64,000 nucleotides of DNA from Octopus sinensis. Its lineage: Eukaryota. Shown here in pieces: positions 53,330 through 64,000 of this stretch. The position numbers and the translations under genes were made by a program. Under the pieces are notes generated by a model. It was given only the letters and a program-made list of their open reading frames with translations. It did no database searches and was not told where the DNA came from. Numbering within the stretch: the stretch's first letter is position 1; each line of letters starts with the position of its first letter. The DNA lies in assembly GCF_006345805.1 (NCBI RefSeq), contig NC_043001.1, forward strand, positions 1,054,001 to 1,118,000, written 5' to 3'.

Positions 53330-53670
53330 ATATTTCGTTTTGGATTTGGTTTGCAAGATTCTTTATGTGAGTTCGTGTGTTGAAGCATATTCTGTTGTGT
53401 GTGGGGAGAGTGATTCTCCTTTAGTGCCTTATAATTTTACACAATCACCGGTAAAGTTTCCACTTATTTCTTATTTCTATTTTCCTAAACTTTTCGTTGC
53501 ATCTTGTAACATTTTCAATAGTCAAAACTATTGAAAAAGTTGGAAGACGCAACAAAAATTTTAGAAATATAAAAAACAAATAAGTGGAAATTTTATCATT
53601 GAGTGTGTAAAATTATAAGACACCAAAAGAGAATCACTCTCCCCAGACACAACACAAATAAATAAATATA
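53330..53670. repeat. Fold-back element: diverged ~260-bp palindrome (53394-53654) centred near 53524, with U3-A8 hammerhead-like motifs in both arms
   Basis: TGTTGTGTGTGGGGAGAGTGATTCTC...TTTTCAATAGT pairs with ACTATTGAAAA...GAGAATCACTCTCCCCAGACACAACA. Confidence 0.85.
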
Positions 53671-53717
53671 TATATCACCGTGATCACCGTGACTGACCAG
53701 GCTATCAGATGTTGCTA

Positions 53718-55050
53718 TCATATGGCGGCACTGTGAATGAAGATAGAGTGACCTGGGAATATTACACCAGACTTAGGAAAATATGGCAGTCGGAACTCTC
53801 CTCTTACAGCAAAACAATATCCCACAATGCATTTGCAGTACCAGTGCCAACATTTGGGATACTTGACTAGTCTGTAGAGGAAATCCATTCTATAGATATC
53901 AATACCTGCAAAATCCTGACATCAACTGGGAACTTCCACAGAAACAGTGATGTTGACAGGCTCTACTTAAGAAGAAATGAAGGTGGTAGAGGCCTGAGAC
54001 CAGTGCAGACGGCCTTCGAATGTTATATGGTGTCACTCAGGCTGCACCTGTTAAACAACAGCAGTAAAAATAAATATATATAAATGCAGTCCTGAAAAGT
54101 GAAGTGAGCAACATTGTATGAGTTGGTAGTGAACTCCTCAAGAAACATGCCCTTCCTGATGATCTCCTATACAGCCCCAAAACAGCTGGGCTCTCTTACC
54201 TCAGAGAAGACGTGGATGGAGAGCGCTCAGCATACAGAATAAAGACTATGCATGGGTATGTTGCCTGGAAGCTTGAAGATGACAGTAGAATTGACACGAA
54301 GCACAGCCTCTCTTGGACACAAGACCACTACATTACATCCCACTGGTGGACAAGAGACAGGGATGCTCTTGTAATCCCAAGCTGCCACTGCATGTGTCGG
54401 CTGTGTCATGTTTCTGTGGAAGACATTATGCATGTGATAAGCAGCTATCCTAAAATGTCGTCACAGTACTACACAACTATGCGGCATGATGTTGTCGCTA
54501 AAACAATTTACATTGCCATCCGCAAAAAAGACTGTCCTGGAATAAACTTAGAAAATCCCTCTGTTATGGAATACATTTATAAACACCAACTCAAAGAATA
54601 CTGATGGAATATTCCCATCAAAACTTTTGTTAACTGTAAGCATAACAGACCGGATATTGTTGTTTGGGACAGAGGGGCAAAGGTATGTACCATCATAGAG
54701 GTTAGCTGCCCTGCAGATATTAATATCTATGGACAACTGCTTCGAAACCTCCAGCTTCCATACCCAGAGTAGGAATTCATATTCATACCAATAATAATTG
54801 GAGCTCAAGGTTTTGTTAGTAAATGCTTAAAGGAGAATCTGGATACACTGGGATTTTCAAAAAGAGAAACTCACTCACTGATTCGTACATTACAAGTGCA
54901 ATCTGTGACTGGAAGAGTAAAAATATGTAAGACTTTTCTCAAGTTCCAAATGGGAATTTGTCTGTGTTAGCTACATCCCAAAGATGGGGCCTTGTATCTT
55001 TGTTGAAAATCGGCTCCCTCAATGGAAGATTTATAATAATTAAAAAATAG
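53718..55050 (+). mobile_element. 5'-truncated R4/Dong-related LINE (RT C-terminus, CCHC, RLE), disrupted
   Basis: FHRNSDVDRLYLRRNEGGRGL; CRLCHVSVEDIMHVISSYP; RHD; NRPDIVVWD..IIEVSCP; PIIIGAQG. Confidence 0.9.
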
Positions 55051-55611
55051 AAGAGATATAGATACTTGCATGCATCATCATTGTTTAATGTTTGCCTTCC
55101 ATGCCGGCATGGGTTGGATGGTTTGATAGGAGCTGGCCAAGCCAGAGGGTTGCACAAAACTTAAAAGATTATCTACTAAATAATACTAATAAAGTTGATG
55201 GTAGGTTTTTGAAGTTTCATTCCATGGTAACACTCCATGTATTTTAAGATTGTTCGGGCTGAGTTGCCTCCTTTAGCTAAAGACCTCAAAATTGTACAAT
55301 CTGATTTTGTAGTAAAAAAGAGTGTACCGATCCAATTAAAAAAGAGTGGTTGTGCAAAAAGCAGACTTTATTTGGTAACTGAAAGATTACTGAATCTTTT
55401 GATACCTCATACGACAAAATTGGCAACTCAGTTCTCAAATCCATAAGGAACACATGCACCCTCCCCCACACAAACTCTATTTTATTATATAAGATATATA
55501 TTAAAGACAACAAAGAACAATCTCTTCCCAAATTCAACTCCAGAGTTTCTCAATTAACTCTCTCACACAATTATATATTTGTTTATATAAAAGGCACCAG
55601 TAATGTTGTAT

Positions 55612-55790
55612 TGGCCTTTGCCTTTCTCATGGATAACATTGGTCGCATGGAGAGTGGAGGCTGATAGACATGGCCGACTGCTGGTCTTGCATGAACCACC
55701 AAGCCTGAACTTGTGCCTTGGGGGCGAACTTTTTAAGTACAATTCCATAGTCATTGATGACTGAAAGGGGTCCTTACCATTTACCCTTAA
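55612..55790 (+). mobile_element. SINE 3' portion
   Basis: Reverse-complement match to 18290-18470. Confidence 0.6.
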
Positions 55791-55955
55791 ATGAAAGGCT
55801 TAAATTTTTTGTAAAAAAAAAACATTCCTGATGAATCTCTGAAATGGGAGGAAAGTGCTAAATAAATAATTGTCGAAGATTCTGAGTGTCTCATTTTCTT
55901 AATATATATAATCTGTACACCACTTCCAACAATTTGCATATACAAATATAAATGC

Positions 55956-56028
<73 letters not shown>

Positions 56029-56029
56029 T

Positions 56030-56140
56030 ATGTGTTGTTGTATTTAGGTATGGTCATGTTGCCAGTTTATACAGAAAATACAACATCTGTTTCAACACAC
56101 GACTTCACAACAAGAATCTTGCGAAACAAATATATAAACA
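56030..56140. repeat. Inverted-rearranged fragment of the 19290 family between (TA)n tracts
   Basis: ATGGTCATGTTGCCAGTTTA (+ orientation) joined to TCTGTTTCAACACACGACTTCAC..AATCTTGC (- orientation). Confidence 0.75.
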
Positions 56141-56141
56141 T

Positions 56142-56180
<39 letters not shown>

Positions 56181-56183
<3 letters not shown>

Positions 56184-56302
56184 CAAAATAAGCAAAATAA
56201 GTGGTAATGCAGTATGATCATTTCATGTGACTCCATTTAATTGAATAATATGAAACGATCATACTGCATTACCTCTGGATATCCTTGTTGCTTATTTTGA
56301 TT
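56181..56302. repeat. Inverted repeat adjacent to (TA)n
   Basis: AATCAAAATAAGCAA..GGTAATGCAGTATGATCATTTCAT / ATGAAACGATCATACTGCATTACC..TTGCTTATTTTGATT. Confidence 0.85.
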
Positions 56303-57285
56303 ATAATCACCCCATTTTGAATTATATTGATGATACCATACTAAATTCTGGTGCCTTTAACTTAAGTACCATATTCAACTGAATCTAAATTTTACTGAAC
56401 TTATATATGTGTGTGTGTGTGTTTGTGTATACACACACACGCACACACACACACACACACTGAATGGACTGTAACGTTTCTATTTTGTTATAATATTCAT
56501 ATGTATAGTCACTGACTGATTATATGGTCTTTCTTAGAAGGCAAAGCTATTCCTTACAACAAATAATGCATCTAAAAGGCTGACTGACTGGCTGGCTGGC
56601 TGGGTACCTGTCTAGTCAGTTTGTAAAAGTTAATAACAAAATAATTAATAATCAATAATGAACATCAGGAGAAATTTGGAAGCAAACCTCCAAGACGGCA
56701 GAAGAATAATGGAGAAAATTTCATGAGAAACAGGAATGCTCCTTCTTTGATTTTGTATGATTGCTTTTTTTTGTTTTTTTGTTTAAGAAATGCAAGAATC
56801 TTTAATAAACAAATGTTCCATCCATTAGTTTAAGGAATCTATTGTTCTAAAATGTGATGTAAGAGCATAAAATGAAGGAAAGGATCAAAGAGATTATTCA
56901 GGTAACAAAGAAGGACTCAGTCATCATCACCATCATCATCATCATCATCATCATTATCATTGTCTTCATAATTATCATTGTTGTCATCATCATCATCACC
57001 ACGTGTTCATCATCAGCATCATCGTCATCTTTATAATCATCATCATCATCATCATTATTTTAACATTCACTTTTCCATGTTTACTTGAGTCAGATGGAAT
57101 TATCTAAGCAATTTTCCACAACTGGATGCCCTTCCTGTGGCCAACATTCACTTGTGTCCAAGTAATATTATATTTACCCTTGGCAGGACATCTTTCTGCA
57201 GAAGCTTGCAAATGAAGGACAAGTTTGTATGACGATGCCCTTTGCTTACAAGTATCCCATAAGGCCAAAATAAGGCAAAACATAC

Positions 57286-57318
<33 letters not shown>

Positions 57319-58302
57319 AAGGTCATTTTTCAGTTTCTCGCCACCAAATTTGCTCACAAAACTCTGGTCTACATGTGGCTATAGTAGAAGACTAAGCTGT
57401 CATACAATGGGAATGAATTCCAAACTATGTTCTCATCAACAGGGCCATGTCTGTGTCTGTAGACATGAAACACCAACAGACTGGAATTTACTAAAGGGAG
57501 CGAAAGAGTTTAGCTTGTATTCTTAAAATGGGCAACACTAAATGACATTTCCAGCCTCCTGCAATAGTCTTCATGATTCCTCGGGGCCAACTGGAAGTTA
57601 CAAAAGTAGACGCCAATTAAAGGGTCTGTAAGCAGCTGCTTGATTTGCAAGAAACAGAATCAAAAATTCCAACCATTAGAAGTGGGGCACAAAAGAAAAT
57701 ATAGCTCTTGATATAGTAAAAGACAGGACGGTCATGGATGGAATATCTTTGATCATAGGTTTAGTCATTCACTGAGGATTAGGAGCTAAACAACATAATT
57801 ATATTATTTGTTGTTGTTGGTGTGGCTGCTGTTTAGCCCTAGGTTAATAAACCTTGTGCAGGTCAATAAACAAAGGCTTTCCAGATGTGAGCAACCCATA
57901 AACTTTTATTTTTCTTGATTATGTTATTCATCCAGTAAGCTTTCATTTTTAAGATGGCAGAGTGTTATTTGGGAGAGATTTGGTTGCTATTTCTGGCATA
58001 TCGATCATTCATGTGGAAATCCATTCTACTGCTGATTGATTTTGGTAGAAATCCCAAATAGATGAGGTTCAGAGATTTTTCTCTTCCCAAAGAATTCAAG
58101 ATAAGACTGCATTAATATTCTCAAAGTGCATTTCTTATCACCACACCTTATTCCTGAGTTTGTGAAATTTCGGGGATGAAAAAAGAGAATAGAAAAGAAA
58201 AAGGGGAAAAAAAAAAGATCTCTGAGTAATGAGAATGAGAGAACTTGTAAAGATGTGAAGGAAAATGAATGAATGGGAATCCATCCATCAATACCTATGT
58301 GC

Positions 58303-58339
<37 letters not shown>

Positions 58340-58399
58340 TGTGTGAGTGTATGTGCACACTTCTATACATACATGCATACATGCCCAAAGACACAGACA

Positions 58400-58665
58400 A
58401 GTCCATACATAGCCAAGCGTAAAGATGTTGGAGCTGCTGAGCTGACAAAGAAATTGAATCCTGGGTTTGTGAATCAGGCAACACTGATTGTGCCTTCATT
58501 TTACAATCCCTTTGTTCATTCACCTGAAAATAAGGACCAGAAGTTGCTGCTGAGGTGATTTCTGTGTAAGACTGGCATCCCATCCAGGGAGAGAAGTCTT
58601 GCATTTCCAGTTCTTCAATGCCATGGAAACCAGTTATAAGCTCCAGCCTAAAGCCTTTCTAGACT
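58400..58665 (+). mobile_element. Old SINE with V-domain-like segment
   Basis: GACTGGCATCCCATCCAGGG...CATGGAAACCAG..ATAAGCTCCAGCC. Confidence 0.45.
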
Positions 58666-58979
58666 GATGATTCTATATTTACATAATTGTAGCAATAATA
58701 GGGGTATGCATACCTGCAAATTTTCATAGTGATGGTTATGCCTCTCTATACCTAAATGCCTTTCATAGCAATAATATAGATGTACGTATGTGACAGAAAC
58801 TTCTCCATTTTATTATAATACTCTCTAACAAAGTCAAAATTTTGGTGAGAATAATTTCAAAAGCAATATAAAACTTCATCACTGTACTTAAAGTTGGGAT
58901 GAAAGCAGATACCTTTTGATCATCCATCTAACATTTCCTCAACCAATCTGAGATACTCTTTTCAAATTTCCACCAAAAC

Positions 58980-59650
58980 TGCAGAGTATGAGATAATCCT
59001 TCCTTATTGGCAAAACAGTAACAACACACTTCAACAGCTGTTTCTCTGAGATCTTCAACATGTTGTCCAACAGCATCAAACAAGGCTTTGAAATCTTCTT
59101 TACTGTTCTTCTGAAACAAAGCCACACAACACAAAGAATCTGCTTATCGACTAAATGAGATGACAGCTTCTTTAGTTTGGCAAAGTATCTCATCTCAGAC
59201 TCAAAACAAAAGTTTTTGTAGCACTTTTCAGAATCTTCATGTTTGCTAAAAACACAGCCATTGCCAGCCACAGCAAACAAGTATTCTCGTCACCGATAGA
59301 CCACACCTCTCACACTTATAAGAACTTCTTTATGACTATTGGTCTGTAGAAAGCAAACATCATGGGTATTAAAGGCAGTACTGACCACCATGACCATTGA
59401 TAACAAACTTGTTGTTTATCAGTTTACAAATCTTGGTTATGTCATTGTTGATCGTCTCTCCCTGAGCTCAGAGAGTGGCAAGAGGATTAGAAAGGCGAGT
59501 TCAACTGTTACCTGTCTCAAGTATCAAGAAAAGATAAATGCTAGGGTGAAGGTTAAGACAGAAGTTGTGACTTAACAATGCCTGTGTCATAGACACATTG
59601 GTTGGGACATCGATCACAAATGCCAGACAAGAGAGAAAGCCTTCTACTTG
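58980..59650 (+). mobile_element. Highly decayed RTE (BovB-like) LINE fragment
   Basis: SIKQG; TIDNKLVVYQFTNLGYVIVDRLSLSSESGKRIRKASST resembles FTYLGSTIS.NLSLD.EI.KRIGKAS. Confidence 0.65.
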
Positions 59651-59688
59651 TGTATTAGTCTATGTTTAAATACTCACACACACACACA

Positions 59689-59727
<39 letters not shown>

Positions 59728-60034
59728 CAGATGAAGTGGATGTTTAGTGAGGGATCAAACTACATAGGAGTCCTATTATCATCTCTTTTGGTGCCAATCC
59801 ACCATCGCGAATGCAGAGTGAGCCTCAACTCAATCAGGTCATACTATTTGCAAGAAATAGCAGCCAAATATCCTTCACATCACATCAGACCATATTAAAA
59901 AACAGATGCATAACATAATATCGTCTTTGATATATTATGTCCGGAAAAGAACAAAGTCGATTTGGTCACGACTGAAATGTCTGTGACCGTACATATGTTG
60001 GTGACCTCACAGTAAGAACTGACCTGAAGTAAGA

Positions 60035-60129
60035 ACAGCAGCAGCAGAAACGGCAGCAGCGGCAGCAACAGCAGTAGCAGAAAGAGCAACAACAACAACA
60101 ACAGCAGCAGCAACAACAACAACAACAAC
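60035..60129. repeat. (CAG)n/(CAA)n trinucleotide repeat
   Basis: Direct inspection. Confidence 0.9.
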
Positions 60130-60752
60130 GTGTCATTGCCTTTGAACTGGGAGTCTGCCTCATTGAAGATTATATTCCTGGCATGAGACATCTTCTGCCT
60201 GGCATTTGAGTCTTAAAGAGCAAACCACACTACAACAGTCTCCAGCATCAGTTTGACCGCAATAGTGATGGGTTTTGCCAGTGTTTATTGCTTATCCTAT
60301 TCACATCATCAATAACAGATATATATTTGCAATTTATGTCATAAATTATTGAATTTACACCTTAAAAAGGAATTTTTACATATGTATATCAGTTAATATT
60401 ACACATGCATATGTATATTCTACACACACACACACACTAATGTACATATGCATATATATGTGTGTGTTTGTGTATATATAAATATGTGTGTGTATATATA
60501 TATATATATAAATGTATGTATAGATATATATATGCACATATATACACACTTATATATATACATACACAATCACCCACATGTATATATACATATGTGTATG
60601 TGTGTGTGTGTATTTAAACATAGACTAATATATATGTTTGTGTATACATGTATGTAAATTTATGTAGGTACATGTATACTGGTATGTACATGTACACGAA
60701 GTCTCTTTCTATCCTTCTCTCCCTCGTGTACACACACACACTGCTATGGTGA

Positions 60753-60786
<34 letters not shown>

Positions 60787-60964
60787 ATATGTATGTCTAC
60801 ATATATTTGTTTGCATACACACACATATATAAACGTATATGCATATGTATATATGTGTGTGTCTATATGTAATTTAAATGTATAACATTGAGTGTGTGTG
60901 TATGTGTGTATATATATATATCATACATAAATACATATATAGACTACAATAATAAAGATGTTGT

Positions 60965-61260
60965 CAAAATCGTATGAATTCCAATAATTTCGATAAACTA
61001 AATCTTCTAATTCATTTTGACCCGAAAAATTCAATAATCTCTTTGATTTATAACATTTTCACTATTTCAATTTGAATGATGTAGTTTGGTTGCCGGATGA
61101 AACAAGAAACCTTATTATCGATAATCAAACAACGAAATTGCATTCAAAACTTGAGTCACGTAAATCGGAGCGCTTTCTATTTCTTAACGTGTTAAAACCT
61201 AACAAAAAGAAAACCAAACGCTATATTCGATTTATTCTATGAGAAGGCGATACGCAGATC
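60965..61260. promoter_or_regulatory. CpG-retaining, promoter/enhancer-like patch
   Basis: About 14 CpGs in ~295 AT-rich bp; palindrome ATTATCGATAAT at 61114-61125; TGAGTCA at 61152-61158. Confidence 0.3.
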
Positions 61261-62044
61261 AGATTTTCAGTATTAACAAAATACAATACTAGAAATTTGG
61301 AAAATTTTTTTCAGGCATGAATGATTTCTAAGCTTTCTATTGTAAATCAGTTAATTCCCTTTCAAATATTGTTTTATTACATCTGCAAGAAATCTTAATG
61401 TAAAAAAATGTTGGATTATTTCTTGTCCAAATCTGATCAACAGACAAAGTCTGAGCATCGATGGGGAAGAAGGAATTTTGTGAGACCAAAGAGAGGAAAA
61501 GAGACAGGTGGAGAGATAACAATGGAGAGAGAGAGAGAGAGAGAAAGAGGCAGAGAGAAAGAGTGAGAGAGAGAAAGGGAGATGTGCTGAAAGATTAGTC
61601 ACCTAAGCTATAAAGTGAATTGCAAGATGCAATCCTCTTTATCCAAAAAGGATTTATACAGTTTAATAACTTTTAACTTGCGTCACAGTTGGAATCAGGA
61701 AGTCAAAAGTTTATTAAAATTACAAATACACCCACATAAAATACACACACAACTCACACTCACACACACATACACACAAATACACACACACATGCCTACA
61801 TATGTATGTGTATATATTTGTGTGTGACAGAAGGTTTGAATATATACCCATACCTATGTATATATACGCCTGCATAAATCTATGTATGCAGAGTTTGTGT
61901 AGGTATGTATGTGTCTATTTGTATATAAGTACATGTGTGCATACATTCTTTTATTAGTTTAGTAGTTTTGTTGGACAGTGGCCATACTGGAGTACTGCCT
62001 TCAAAGATTTATTGAATCATTTCAATTCCAGTCCCTATTTTATT

Positions 62045-63077
<1,033 letters not shown>

Positions 63078-63699
63078 AAATTATTGTATACAGTACTCAG
63101 GTGCACCACAACTTGTCAAAAATGTGTATAAAGCATATGCAGTAATGTACAAATGTCTGGGAAGTGAAGAGTGTATGAGTCAGATACATGCTTACGTGTG
63201 TATGGAGGGGAGAAAATCAGGTGTAGTGTTGGCGAATTTATACAATTTGACAATGTATTATGCTTGTGTGTGTGTGAGTGTGTGTGCATGTGTGTGTGAG
63301 TGTGTGTGTGTGTGTAAACATGCATTTGTATATCAGTGTGTGCATGTGTGTATTCTTATTATCATCATTTTTGTAACTGTTTTGTGCCATGCTTTGACTT
63401 TGACTTAGTGAGGCAGCATTCAATGTTGAGATATTCTTCCTGTTTCCAACCCTGGCTGTCTGTCATCTTAGGCATTCTTATTCCATTGGTCTTCCATTTG
63501 TGGTGAGCCACAAGATGTAATGTTTGTCAAAGACAAATGCTATATCCTGAATCAATGAAGAAATGAATTTTTATGCTTACAAAAGCAGACATTTGGGTGC
63601 CCATACGCATTGGGGGTGGATGGGTTGGGGGTGTATTTTCTTGCTGGGACTGGGGGAAGGGTTAGTATTCAGGGCTTCTGCTGACCTTCCAACACCTAT

Positions 63700-64000
63700 G
63701 TGACATTATGTCATTATCATTCCTTTTGAATGTGAGTAAGTAAATTCCTGCTGGAAAGATAGAAGCAGAAAGTGAATTCCAGAGGGATGGCATTCTATGA
63801 AGGAAGGAATGGGTTAGGGCTAGCGTGGTGCCTGGATGGGTTGCAGACAAGAAGAGTCATGAGAGGAGGAGAGACAAGTGGGTTAAAAATGCCTGAGTTG
63901 AGGTGGAATAAATGCATTCTACTCTATAGAGCAGAGGCCATTATGGTATAGGAGGACATGAAGGAGAGAGGAGGCCTGATATCCGTGAGCCAGAGAGTGA
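63700..64000 (-). mobile_element. CR1-group LINE 3' fragment running off the window edge
   Basis: HSFLHRMPSLWNSLSASIFPAGIYLLTFKRN matches the SFF.RT..LWNSLP..FP....L..FK C-terminal motif. Confidence 0.75.

Noticed and set aside
59033-59060. Minus-strand TTGAAGA..GAAACAGCTGTT hammerhead-like string
   Set aside because: No stem I, stem II loop too short, U3 unpaired with G8, and it lies inside decayed RTE coding sequence
59895-60191. Poly-Q, poly-L or poly-C coding exon
   Set aside because: Trinucleotide repeat without convincing splice sites or recognisable flanking protein sequence

Overview
AT-rich animal DNA dominated by microsatellites and interspersed repeats. The repeat families look like those of octopus (coleoid cephalopod); this is an inference. 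No intact protein-coding gene is visible. Nearly all ORF-track entries are microsatellite translations or decayed transposon ORFs. Recognisable elements are RTE-clade LINEs (one family has a PHD-like finger inside the RT), R4/Dong-type LINEs stacked in (TAA)n tracts, CR1-like fragments, a full-length but dead Tc1 element, two DD37D-type elements, mariner/hAT/piggyBac-type remnants and several tRNA-derived SINE families. The most notable signal is a set of short non-coding elements beside (TA)n tracts, often fold-back, that carry type I hammerhead ribozyme motifs. One motif is near-perfect (18938-19003) and several are slightly decayed. Two unrelated palindromes carry a UUGAAAA core consistent with a compensatory U3-A8 pair. 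These look like non-autonomous Penelope-related or retrozyme-like elements. One 60-nt minus-strand exon candidate and one CpG-retaining promoter-like patch are the only hints of host genes. All coordinates were read by eye, so repeat ends are approximate.
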